Source: a virus
Taxonomy: Duplodnaviria > Heunggongvirae > Uroviricota > Caudoviricetes
Virus record (IMG/VR): IMGVR_UViG_3300049003_000001
Span: 13,660-77,659 of that record
DNA: 64,000 nt
Reading direction: 5' to 3' (one strand)
The notes beneath the pieces were generated by a model. That model did no database searches. It worked only from the letters and a program-made list of their open reading frames with translations, and had not been told where the DNA came from. Within the stretch, counting starts at the first letter, position 1. Each line of letters begins with the position of its first letter. Below are positions 29,459 through 38,091 of the stretch, one piece after another. A program made the position numbers and the translations under genes.

Positions 29459-30673
29459 TCAGGTGTTCTTGCCACCCTTGATGACCGTCAGGTTGGACGG
29501 CTTTGCAGTGGTGCGGGTCTTGCGAGGACGGGGCTTCTTTCCGTCCAATTCCGCCTCCATCTGCCGCATTTCCTCTTCCTGCTGGTGCTTGGCAACCAGA
29601 GCCGCCGCCTCGCTGGCCGACAGATTCCGGATATCCGATTCCGGCATGCACCAGAACCAGAAGGCCCCGAGCTTGCGCGACCGGACGTTGAGCTTGCCCT
29701 TGGCCGTGCGGACCTGCGAGGTCGTGAATCCGGCTTCCTTGGCAAGCTGGAAAATGATGACCGGAGACTTGACGCCACCTTCCTCCATGAGCGTGTCGCG
29801 GAGGAATTCGACTGCCTCTTCCCGCTCGTTGCGCTGAGCGGAATCCACCTTGCGGTTCCGCATGAGGTCGTCCGCGTCGATGTTCTCGACCGGCTTGGAT
29901 TCCCACACGAGCTTCGGCTTGCCGCGCACCGTGTGAATTTCGTAGGCGAGCGACGCGGGCTCAGAGGTCACGTTCATCTTCGTGCAGGCGATGATGCGAC
30001 GCTTCGGCTTGTCCGGGTCCGGGCCGACGAGATATCCGAAACGGCACTGGCCGATAAGACCCATCGAACCGCCACCGGCCTGCTTGGCGTTCTTGCCGCC
30101 GCCCTTGGTCAAGTGGCGAACCATGATGACCGTGACGCCGGTTTCCTTCGCCATGTCCGCGAGAGGCGCGACCGCCTTGCGAATCTGCTGGTCGCTCCCG
30201 GAGTGGACTCCGAGGAAAACCATGATCGGGTCGATGATGACCAGACGAATGTTGTTTTCCCGGATGATATCCCGTATAGTGGGGATATCGCGGGGAAGTG
30301 AAGGCGTCTCCCCGCCGACGTTGCTCAACTGGATGATCTTGGAGAGGTCACCACCGGCAGCGTCACAGCGAGCGGCGATTTCCTCCGGGGAGTCCTCCGA
30401 GGCGATGAAGAGCACGCCCTGAGCGCCACCGTGAACGACGGAGTTGTCGGGCCACTTGCCGCCCTTGGAAACCCGAGCGGCGAAATCGGTGGTAACCATC
30501 GACTTCCCGAGACCGGGGTCGCCGTCCAGCACGCCGATGCCGCCGGGAACGAGGTGTCCGTCCCACAACCACGGGGTGCGGTTCTTGGTCCCGCCGACGC
30601 GCCGACGCGCAATTGCGTCGAGCCGGGTCACGGTATATCCCGCAGTGCGCGGGGACCGAGTACGAGTAGCCAC
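29459..30673 (-). CDS. AAA/RecA-superfamily ATPase (RepA/DnaB-C-terminal-like, AAA_25 type) with C-terminal HTH-like tail
   Basis: Walker A GDPGLGKS. Walker B-like LVIIDPIM. GTG start with a GGAGG RBS. It is the only minus-strand gene. The local GC content is visibly higher, with spurious ORFs in all six frames. Confidence 0.65.
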   Translation of the reverse strand: MATRTRSPRTAGYTVTRLDAIARRRVGGTKNRTPWLWDGHLVPGGIGVLDGDPGLGKSMVTTDFAARVSKGGKWPDNSVVHGGAQGVLFIASEDSPEEIAARCDAAGGDLSKIIQLSNVGGETPSLPRDIPTIRDIIRENNIRLVIIDPIMVFLGVHSGSDQQIRKAVAPLADMAKETGVTVIMVRHLTKGGGKNAKQAGGGSMGLIGQCRFGYLVGPDPDKPKRRIIACTKMNVTSEPASLAYEIHTVRGKPKLVWESKPVENIDADDLMRNRKVDSAQRNEREEAVEFLRDTLMEEGGVKSPVIIFQLAKEAGFTTSQVRTAKGKLNVRSRKLGAFWFWCMPESDIRNLSASEAAALVAKHQQEEEMRQMEAELDGKKPRPRKTRTTAKPSNLTVIKGGKNT

Positions 30674-30741
30674 TTGTCCTCCCTTCCTTGTCTGGTGTTG
30701 GGAGGGACGTTACACCCCTCAGACGAACATGTCAAGAGGTC

Positions 30742-30752
30742 AAGATGCGAAG
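30742..30752. repeat. direct repeat AAGATGCGAAG (right copy)
   Basis: Identical to 29388-29398. It is followed at 30764-30777 by CTCATCTTGCCATC, which matches the hairpin arm CTCACCTTGCCATC at 29432-29445. Confidence 0.7.
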
Positions 30753-30823
30753 TTGTACGGGACTCATCTTGCCATCATCCTCACGCTTAGTAGCGCTTAG
30801 ATATACAGGGAGTTAATAGGAAT

Positions 30824-31159
30824 ATGGCACGCAAGCATGGCACGGCTAAGTCCGAGGCCGCAGAGATTAAGCGCATGGGCGCGAAGGCTCAGGCAAATTC
30901 CGGCCGGGGGAAGGTCAAGAAGGGCGACGCCGTAATCGACGGCTACTGGCTCTGCGACGTGAAGGAATATCCGAAGGGATACACCGTCAGCCTAGAGACG
31001 TGGGCCAAGATTTGCACGGACGCCATGAAATCTGGTAATCTAGAGCCTACGCTGAACATCGTGTTGGGCGAGGCAGGCGGGCCGAGAGTCCGTCTTTTTG
31101 TTTTGTCCGAAGATGAATTTAATGAATACCGAGCCTTGCGCTCAGCAGCATATGAATGA
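30824..31159 (+). CDS. small PD-(D/E)XK-family nuclease (VRR-NUC/Hjc-like)
   Basis: GDAVIDGYWLCDVKEY carries the D...D-x-K catalytic motif. 111 aa. Confidence 0.4.
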   Translation: MARKHGTAKSEAAEIKRMGAKAQANSGRGKVKKGDAVIDGYWLCDVKEYPKGYTVSLETWAKICTDAMKSGNLEPTLNIVLGEAGGPRVRLFVLSEDEFNEYRALRSAAYE

Positions 31160-31176
31160 TATAATGGAGAAAGTAT

Positions 31177-31500
31177 ATGAGTGAAAAGGGACCGTACGAG
31201 TACATCGGCTCAGTCTACGAGCTTAACGAGATTGCCCGAGAGATGGGCGACGACGACCTAACCGACGCCCTCGACACCGTAATCAAGATTATTTCTAAGC
31301 CTGATATTCCACCGAAGGCCGCAACAGCAGCGGTCGTCAAGCTACAGGCGTACGCGGTGGCGTTCAAGATGAAGGCCAAGTATTACATGCTGATTAACAA
31401 GGAAGGCGAGGCAGCCAAGAAAAAGAATATCTACCTCTCAATGGCGGAAGCGTTGAAGGATTTGGTAGATAGCTTGAAGTATTTGGCTAAGAATTACTAA
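31177..31500 (+). CDS. hypothetical protein
   Basis: 107-aa helical ORF. Confidence 0.3.
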   Translation: MSEKGPYEYIGSVYELNEIAREMGDDDLTDALDTVIKIISKPDIPPKAATAAVVKLQAYAVAFKMKAKYYMLINKEGEAAKKKNIYLSMAEALKDLVDSLKYLAKNY

Positions 31501-31501
31501 T

Positions 31502-32296
31502 ATGAGTCGTGAAATCGTAAAGGGTTTGAAGTTCAAGCGTGGCGGTCTAGACCCACGCGCCATTGCCGACATTGTTGAGCAGGGCTATCTCAATAAGCGC
31601 CGCGAGTCGGGCTTTATCCAGAAGAAGACCTTCTCCCCGTCCACCGTTGGCTATGGTCACGGCACATGCCCTCGCTATTGGTTTCACGCCTTTACGGGGG
31701 CATGGTTCGATGAGAGCCGTACCGACGCACAGGGTGTCGCCAATATGGACACCGGAACCCACGAGCACGAGAATATGGAGCGCTTCTTTGAAGAGGCCGG
31801 AATTCTCGTCGCCAACGAGGTCGAAATCACAATTGAAAATCCGCCGGTCCGTGGCTTCGTTGACGCAATCATTGATTGGGAAGGCGAAGAGATTGTTGGA
31901 GAGTTCAAGACTACCCGACAGGAAGGCTTTGTATTCCGTGAGATTACCGGAAAGCCGACCAACTACCACCTGATCCAGCTACTTACCTACCTCCGTGCTT
32001 TGAATAAGAAGCGCGGATTTCTCTTGTACTTGAACAAGAATGACCAGACCGTGTGCGTCATCCCGGTCGAGCTAGACGAGACAAACGAAAAGATTATCGA
32101 AGAGGTTTTCGAATGGCTTCGTACCACGCGTGCCGCGTGGGAGGCCGGAACTCTCCCGATGCGTCCGTTCCGCAAGAATAAGGAAACGGGACTCCCGGAG
32201 AACAAGGTTTGTCGTGAATGCCCGGTTAAGCGTGATTGCTTTGCCGAAGGCGAAGGCGTCGTGAAGATTGCTCGTATGGAGCTTCCGACCCTATGA
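31502..32296 (+). CDS. Cas4-like / RecB-family PD-(D/E)XK exonuclease with Fe-S cysteine cluster
   Basis: N-terminal Cys (GTCPRYW). DAIIDWEGEEIVGEFK is a D...E-x-K motif. QLLTYL is a QxxxY motif. C-terminal CRECPVKRDC is C-x2-C-x5-C. Confidence 0.65.
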   Translation: MSREIVKGLKFKRGGLDPRAIADIVEQGYLNKRRESGFIQKKTFSPSTVGYGHGTCPRYWFHAFTGAWFDESRTDAQGVANMDTGTHEHENMERFFEEAGILVANEVEITIENPPVRGFVDAIIDWEGEEIVGEFKTTRQEGFVFREITGKPTNYHLIQLLTYLRALNKKRGFLLYLNKNDQTVCVIPVELDETNEKIIEEVFEWLRTTRAAWEAGTLPMRPFRKNKETGLPENKVCRECPVKRDCFAEGEGVVKIARMELPTL

Positions 32297-32604
32297 CGAT
32301 GGTGGACGAGGGGGTGATTAGTATGAGACTATGTGCTAATCCTAAGTGCATGGTGGGCTTCGTGCCCGCTCGCCACAACCAGAAGTATTGTAGTAAGGAT
32401 TGCTGCAAGGTAGTAACCAATAGCAAGATTATGCAGCAGTATTATGAAGAGAAGGACCGCAAGTCCGGAAAGCCGCGCACGTGCAAGCTGTGCAAGGAAT
32501 CCCGTTTGTCGCGCTACAACGCCGGAACAGTATGCGCCGCGTGTTCAGCCAAGCAGGAATCGGCTGACAGGCTTGCGCTATTGCAGGCATTGGGAGCCGC
32601 GTGA
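32293..32604 (+). CDS. cysteine-rich zinc-finger protein
   Basis: Multiple CxxC pairs (CANPKC, CSKDCC, CKLCK, CAAC). ATGA overlap start. Confidence 0.35.
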   Translation: MTMVDEGVISMRLCANPKCMVGFVPARHNQKYCSKDCCKVVTNSKIMQQYYEEKDRKSGKPRTCKLCKESRLSRYNAGTVCAACSAKQESADRLALLQALGAA

Positions 32605-33179
32605 GCATTACAAGTTTGCAGAAAACCCGAGCGTCACGGGTCATCGGAATTGACGCAAGCACAAAGTCGCTAGCGTTCTGTGTATTCTACAATCGCAGGC
32701 CGATCAAGTGGGGCAAAATCAACTTTGAGGGCGCTGACGTTTACGAGCGCATCAAGGATGCCCACCCGAAGGTGCTCGCTCTGGCAGGCGAATTCGACGC
32801 TGATTTCGTCTGCCTAGAGGGAGCCATCCTGGCGAATAACAAGAATGTTAAGGTCACGATTGACCTCTCCCTCATGTATGGGGCAATCCTCAGCGTGCTC
32901 TTGGCCGGGCGTGCGAAGGTTGTTCAGGTCACTCCGATGACTTGGCAGAATTTCATTGGGAATAAGGCATTCAGCCGTGAGGAAACTCTTAGGCTAAAGA
33001 ATGACTTCCCAGGGAAGTCCGCTAGCTGGTACACTAACAAGAAGCGAGAAATCCGAAAGCAGCGCACGATGGACTACTTCAATAAGAAGTGGCCGCACAT
33101 GAACCTCACTGACAACGACGTGGGAGATGCTGCCGGAATCGCGTACCACAGTTATTATGATTTGACCAGGAGAAAGTAA
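32601..33179 (+). CDS. ruvC: RuvC-like Holliday junction resolvase
   Basis: N-terminal VIGIDASTKSLAFCV. C-terminal DNDVGDAAGIA. Together these match the RuvC catalytic Asp/Glu layout. Confidence 0.7.
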   Translation: MSITSLQKTRASRVIGIDASTKSLAFCVFYNRRPIKWGKINFEGADVYERIKDAHPKVLALAGEFDADFVCLEGAILANNKNVKVTIDLSLMYGAILSVLLAGRAKVVQVTPMTWQNFIGNKAFSREETLRLKNDFPGKSASWYTNKKREIRKQRTMDYFNKKWPHMNLTDNDVGDAAGIAYHSYYDLTRRK

Positions 33180-33403
33180 TGGCAGGAGATACATTTTTCG
33201 GCGGGAGCCTCCCGTCAGGCAAGGTCCACATGGGACGCCGCTGGCACGGTCCGGACGATATTGAGGGTTACACCTGCGATTGTCCGAAGACCCCGTGTGG
33301 TCTCACTGAGTGGGGCAATTGGGCAAAGGATTGCCAGTTCCACGGACCGATGAAGACAATTCGTCAGTCCCACGCGGCAGAGAAGTGCCCCGGACCGCGA
33401 TGA
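33179..33403 (+). CDS. hypothetical Cys-rich protein
   Basis: 74-aa ORF containing CDCPKTPCG. Confidence 0.3.
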   Translation: MAGDTFFGGSLPSGKVHMGRRWHGPDDIEGYTCDCPKTPCGLTEWGNWAKDCQFHGPMKTIRQSHAAEKCPGPR

Positions 33404-33540
33404 AGCGGAAGCTCTACCACAGCAAGGCTTGGCTGAAACTACAGCGAAGCAAAGGTAAGTCCGTGACTGATATCGCCAAGGAATGCAATGTCAGCGCGCA
33501 GATCATCGACGTATATTTGAAGAAGTACGGTCTAAAGTGA
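33400..33540 (+). CDS. small HTH DNA-binding protein
   Basis: 46-aa ORF. KSVTDIAKECNVSAQIIDVYLKK is an HTH. ATGA overlap. Confidence 0.35.
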   Translation: MKRKLYHSKAWLKLQRSKGKSVTDIAKECNVSAQIIDVYLKKYGLK

Positions 33541-34304
33541 TTATTGATGGCTTCATTTTCTACAATGAGCTAGACCTTCTAGAGATGCGGTTGGAAGAGC
33601 TTTACCCGGTTGTGGATAAGTTCATGCTGGTTCAGGCCAGCATGACTTTCCGTGGCGCGTGGAAGGAAGCTCATTTCAACATTCATGACCCACGCTGGGA
33701 CAAGTACCGGGATAAGATTTGGGACAAGGAAATCATCTTCCCGCCCATCATCAATCACCGGAACGACCCGTGGGAGCGCGAGGAATACCAGCGCAACGAA
33801 GTCGGCCGGGCCATCAAGCGGTTCGCCAACTCCGGAGATAAGTTCATTCTCAGCGACGTGGACGAGATTCCTCGCCGGGAAGTCATTGCGGAATTGGCCG
33901 CGACGTGCGATACTGAGGTGGTTCGCCTAGAGACCCCGATGTACTACTACGGACTCAATGTCCGGCAGGGTGATTGGGGAGCTATTCGCTTCGCGCCGGT
34001 AACGATTCTCGATTACTGGACGTGCCAGCAGCTACGTGAGCGCGACCCGAAAGTTTCCGTACAGGACGCCGGGTGGCATTTCAGCTACCTAGGCGATGAC
34101 GAATTCGTTGGAAACAAGCTCCGGTCGTTCAGCCACTCAGAGCTAGACAGGCCGGACGTTCATGCAAACCTGGCGGCTAACCGTCAGGCACTACGTGATC
34201 CGTATGACCACGGACAGCAGCTACGAGTTGAGCAGTTCTTGTTCAGCAATATGCCGCATCACGTCAAGGAAAACCCTGAGTTTTGGAGAAAGTACATATG
34301 GTGA
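33537..34304 (+). CDS. glycosyltransferase (GT17-like, DxD)
   Basis: The N-terminus FIFYNELDLLEMRLEEL...FMLVQA resembles the Glyco_transf_17 family. DVDEIP is a DxD motif. GTGA overlap start. Confidence 0.5.
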   Translation: MIIDGFIFYNELDLLEMRLEELYPVVDKFMLVQASMTFRGAWKEAHFNIHDPRWDKYRDKIWDKEIIFPPIINHRNDPWEREEYQRNEVGRAIKRFANSGDKFILSDVDEIPRREVIAELAATCDTEVVRLETPMYYYGLNVRQGDWGAIRFAPVTILDYWTCQQLRERDPKVSVQDAGWHFSYLGDDEFVGNKLRSFSHSELDRPDVHANLAANRQALRDPYDHGQQLRVEQFLFSNMPHHVKENPEFWRKYIW

Positions 34305-34963
34305 AGGTGGGACTCGTTGTCCCTGTTCTGCACAACTTCAAGGGGCTCGCTGAGCTTTTGAAGTCGGTTGACGCACAGGTTCAGCCAATCATCATTCCGA
34401 ATTGGAATCACAACCTCGGCGTCAGTGCCGGGTGGAACGTCGGAATCGAGCAGTCGATCTACTACGCCTGCGACGTGACTATCGTAGCCAATGACGATAT
34501 CGTGTTTGATCCGAATACGATTCGCAAGCTCCGCGACGGCATCCGCTACGACGGATTCGATCTAGTTACGGCGGTCAACACCCGAGACGGAGCGCCTACA
34601 GCAAAGCGTGAGTATGGGGAAAACCCTGATTTCGCATGCTTCGCCATCGAGCCAGAGGGGTTCACCGAGAAGTTTGGTTCCTTTGATGAGAACTTCTCGC
34701 CTGCCTATTTCGAGGACAACGACATGCACTACCGCTTGAAGGTGGCCGGTGCAAAGGTCGGAGACCGTAGGGACGCTGGCATGTTCCACGCCGGGTCGGT
34801 CACGCAGAATTGGGGAGGCTGGCAGGTAGTCAGTGGCGAAATGTTTGAGTCGAACCGCAGGTATTACGCAAAGAAGTGGGGCGGCACGCCGGGTGAAGAG
34901 ACCTACACCTCCCCATATGGCAAGGACAATCTTCCTATTTCTTATTGGAGTCAGCAGTTTTGA
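34298..34963 (+). CDS. glycosyltransferase family 2-like (GT-A fold)
   Basis: VGLVVPV...SAGWN...ANDDIVFD carries DxD-type motifs. FEDND follows. Confidence 0.5.
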   Translation: MVKVGLVVPVLHNFKGLAELLKSVDAQVQPIIIPNWNHNLGVSAGWNVGIEQSIYYACDVTIVANDDIVFDPNTIRKLRDGIRYDGFDLVTAVNTRDGAPTAKREYGENPDFACFAIEPEGFTEKFGSFDENFSPAYFEDNDMHYRLKVAGAKVGDRRDAGMFHAGSVTQNWGGWQVVSGEMFESNRRYYAKKWGGTPGEETYTSPYGKDNLPISYWSQQF

Positions 34964-35514
34964 TTATTGGTCTAGCCGGGTACGCCCGGTCTGGCAAGGA
35001 CGAGTCCGCGAAGGCATTGGTCAGCCACGGGTTTGAGCGCGTGGCATTCGCAGACAAGATGCGCGAGTTCATCTATCGGCTAAACCCGATTGTGACAAGC
35101 CCGGTGTGGGGAGAGCACAGGCGTCTGGCCGACGTGATTGATGAATTCGGCTGGGATGGCTACAAGGAAACCCCGTACGGCAAGGAAATGCGTGAGCTTA
35201 TGCAGCGCCTAGGCACGGACTGTGGGCGTGAGCTAATCAGCGACAGCATTTGGGTCGATGCCGCTCTCGGCACCGGACTGGTGGCCCCACGAGACCTCGT
35301 GGTAACGGACGTGCGTTTCCCGAATGAGTTTGATGCAATCAAGGCTCGCGGCGGTTATGTGTTCCGAGTTGTTCGTCCGGGAGTGGGACCGGCCAACAGC
35401 CACCCGTCCGAGACAGCACTGGATAATGCCTCATTCGATGCGGTGATTGAGAATGACCGTAGCATCGGAGAGTTGCACGACCTAATGGCTGGCCTTGCCG
35501 CCGGACTCCGTTGA
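34945..35514 (+). CDS. deoxynucleoside monophosphate kinase
   Basis: P-loop GLAGYARSGKDE at the N-terminus. Of the phage dNMP kinase family size. Confidence 0.6.
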   Translation: MESAVLIIGLAGYARSGKDESAKALVSHGFERVAFADKMREFIYRLNPIVTSPVWGEHRRLADVIDEFGWDGYKETPYGKEMRELMQRLGTDCGRELISDSIWVDAALGTGLVAPRDLVVTDVRFPNEFDAIKARGGYVFRVVRPGVGPANSHPSETALDNASFDAVIENDRSIGELHDLMAGLAAGLR

Positions 35515-35545
35515 AATAATTCGAAATAAATGTTATCATAACTCT

Positions 35546-36097
35546 ATGAGTAATATTCAGAAGAGTATTGATGGCAATGAGCGTCTTTTCGAAGAGCGCG
35601 ATAAGGTCGTAGACCTCTACCTGAAAGGGCAGAGTGCTGCGGCCATTTCGCGTTCCACGGGTCTTGCCCGTAAGGACGTAAACGGCTATATCGAAGGGTT
35701 TAAGGCGTTTGCAAAGGACAATCTGCTTTTGCAGGAACGCGGGATGCAGGTCGTGCAGGAATTCGACCACCAGCAGGATTACATCATTCGTGAGTTGGTC
35801 AGCACGATTGCCGACGCGGACGACAACGGGGATTACAAGACCAAGGGCGTATTGCTAAAGACCCTCTCCGACGTACAGCGAGCACGCGTGGACACCATGC
35901 AGAAGGCCGGAATGCTTTCCGATGCCGCGATGGGTGACGAGCTTGCCGCGATGGAGGAAAAGCACGAAATCCTCATTGGGATTTTGAAGAAGGTTTCGGC
36001 CGGGTGCAATCGATGCAAGATGGAGGTTGCCCGAGAGCTAGCCAAGGTAACTGGAAAGCCCGAGCCGGTCGTGGTGGTTGAGTCCGATGAATTCTGA
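35546..36097 (+). CDS. terminase small subunit-like protein (HTH)
   Basis: HTH GQSAAAISRSTGLARKDV. It lies immediately upstream of the terminase large subunit. Confidence 0.4.
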   Translation: MSNIQKSIDGNERLFEERDKVVDLYLKGQSAAAISRSTGLARKDVNGYIEGFKAFAKDNLLLQERGMQVVQEFDHQQDYIIRELVSTIADADDNGDYKTKGVLLKTLSDVQRARVDTMQKAGMLSDAAMGDELAAMEEKHEILIGILKKVSAGCNRCKMEVARELAKVTGKPEPVVVVESDEF

Positions 36098-36173
36098 GTC
36101 CAGAGCCTACCGCATCTTTTTGATTGTCGCGTGGCTAGTCTTTATGTCGTTTGCCGTCTGGTCGTGGCTCTAA

Positions 36174-38033
36174 ATGTTTGATTTTGACGATTTCCTTTCG
36201 ATTGTAGAGGACGGCGATCTAGAAGAGATTCCCGTAGATATTGACACATTCATTCAGGACGAGCGCTACCTGAACCGTCCCGAGGTCACATTGTCGGACT
36301 ACCAGCGACAGTGTATCCTCGCGTCCACTCAGATTTACCGCAAGTCAACTCTGTTGCAGTTCCTCTCGGATAAGGAAGCCGAGAAGCGCTGGCAGCAGAC
36401 CTGCAATGAGGTAATCCTACAGCTAGGCAAGGGTTCGGGTAAGGACTTCATGTCCGCTATCTCGTGTGCCTACATGGTTTACCTATTGCTTTGTCTGAAA
36501 GACCCGGCCAGGTATTACAACAAGCCGTCCGGTGACACCATCGATATTCTGAACATCGCGCAGAACTCCGCACAGGCGTCTAACGTCTTCTTCGCCAACG
36601 TATCCCGATTGATCCAGAAGGCCCCGTGGTTCGTGGGCAGGTACGAGACCAAGGGCGGGTCGGCGGAACCGGCGAAGGCAAACCAGATCGACTTTGACAA
36701 GAATGTAACCCTGTACTCAGGCCACTCCGAGCGAGAGGCGTGGGAGGGCTATAACGTCATCATGGTTATCCTTGACGAGATTGACGGTTTTGCCAACGAC
36801 TCCGCATCCGGTGTTATGGGTAAGACCGCTGCCGGTATTTACGATATGTACCGCGCCTCCGTTGATTCCCGATTCGGTGAGTTTGGCAAGGTGCTCGCGC
36901 TGTCCTTCCCGCGTTACAAGGGCTCATGGATTCAGACGCGCTACGATCAGATCGTTGCCGCGAAGACCACGGTTGTCCGCACAGAAATCCTAAAGCTCGA
37001 CCCGGACCTCCCGGACGGCTTTGAGGGAAATGAAATCAAGATCGAGTGGGACGAGGACCACATCGAGCAGTACAAGTATCCGAAGATGTTCGCCTTGAAG
37101 CGTCCGACCTGGGACGTTAATCCACACAAGCACATCGAGGAATACGCTCGTGCATTCTTCGATAACTACATCGACACCCTCAGCCGTACCGCGTGTATGC
37201 CACCGGACGCCATCGACGCGTTCTTCAAGGACACGCAGAAGGTCAACGACGCATTCACTTCTACGAATATCGTGAGCAACGACGACGGCCGTTTTGATGA
37301 AAACCTTGCGCGACCGGACGACAGCAAGCTATACTTCGTCCATGTTGACCTCGCCCGCAAGCACGACCGCTGTGCGGTGGCGATGGGACACGTTGAGGGG
37401 TTCGTTCAGCGCAAAATTGGTCAGATTACTACCGAGCCTGCGCCGCTCATCAAGATCGATTCACTCAGGTATTGGATTCCTAAGAAGGACCAGCCGGTAG
37501 ACTTCACTGACGTTCGTCAGCATATTCTCGATTTGGCCCGCGCCGGGTACAATATCCGACTGGTCACGTTCGACCAGTGGGAGTCTGCTGACATGAGGAA
37601 ATACTTGGAGCAGGCCGGGCTAAGGACCGACAAGCTGTCGGTAGCAATCAAGCACTATACAGACTTCGCGGTTGCGGTGGCCGAGGGGCGTCTAGAGGGT
37701 CCGGACGAGCCACTATTGCGCGAAGAGCTTCTAGCGCTTAGAATTATGCAGAACGGAAAGATCGACCACATGCGCCAGGGATATAAGGACTTGTCCGACG
37801 CCACGTGTGGTGCTATCTTTAACGCAATTGCCCTGACGCCTCGTGAGCGAAACACCGAGGTCGAGGTCAGGACATATAAGGACGTAAAGAAGCAGGTCGT
37901 CAACGACACTGTGGCTAAGCAGCTTGCCGAGCAGGAAGCCCGCAAGGTAATCCGCGCCCCCTCGGCTAAGGCCACGGGTAAGCAGATGCCTAAGCAGCTA
38001 TTTGATTGGATTAACAGCGCCAAGGTGCTGTAA
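36174..38033 (+). CDS. terL: terminase large subunit
   Basis: Walker A QLGKGSGKD. Walker B VIMVILDEIDG. C-terminal RNaseH-like nuclease Asp cluster (VHVDLARKHDR...). Confidence 0.85.
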   Translation: MFDFDDFLSIVEDGDLEEIPVDIDTFIQDERYLNRPEVTLSDYQRQCILASTQIYRKSTLLQFLSDKEAEKRWQQTCNEVILQLGKGSGKDFMSAISCAYMVYLLLCLKDPARYYNKPSGDTIDILNIAQNSAQASNVFFANVSRLIQKAPWFVGRYETKGGSAEPAKANQIDFDKNVTLYSGHSEREAWEGYNVIMVILDEIDGFANDSASGVMGKTAAGIYDMYRASVDSRFGEFGKVLALSFPRYKGSWIQTRYDQIVAAKTTVVRTEILKLDPDLPDGFEGNEIKIEWDEDHIEQYKYPKMFALKRPTWDVNPHKHIEEYARAFFDNYIDTLSRTACMPPDAIDAFFKDTQKVNDAFTSTNIVSNDDGRFDENLARPDDSKLYFVHVDLARKHDRCAVAMGHVEGFVQRKIGQITTEPAPLIKIDSLRYWIPKKDQPVDFTDVRQHILDLARAGYNIRLVTFDQWESADMRKYLEQAGLRTDKLSVAIKHYTDFAVAVAEGRLEGPDEPLLREELLALRIMQNGKIDHMRQGYKDLSDATCGAIFNAIALTPRERNTEVEVRTYKDVKKQVVNDTVAKQLAEQEARKVIRAPSAKATGKQMPKQLFDWINSAKVL

Positions 38034-38091
38034 TTGACGATGACAAGGGAGAAATGTTAAAATGAGGAATACTTTTTACTAGGGGGAGACC

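Noticed and set aside
29414-30800. Plus-strand ORFs 29414..30301 (295 aa), 29982..30422, 30431..30790 and others overlapping the minus-strand ATPase gene
   Set aside because: Only the minus-strand frame carries recognisable Walker A/B motifs and an RBS. The overlapping frames are Arg/Pro/Ala-rich garbage, typical of GC-rich DNA.
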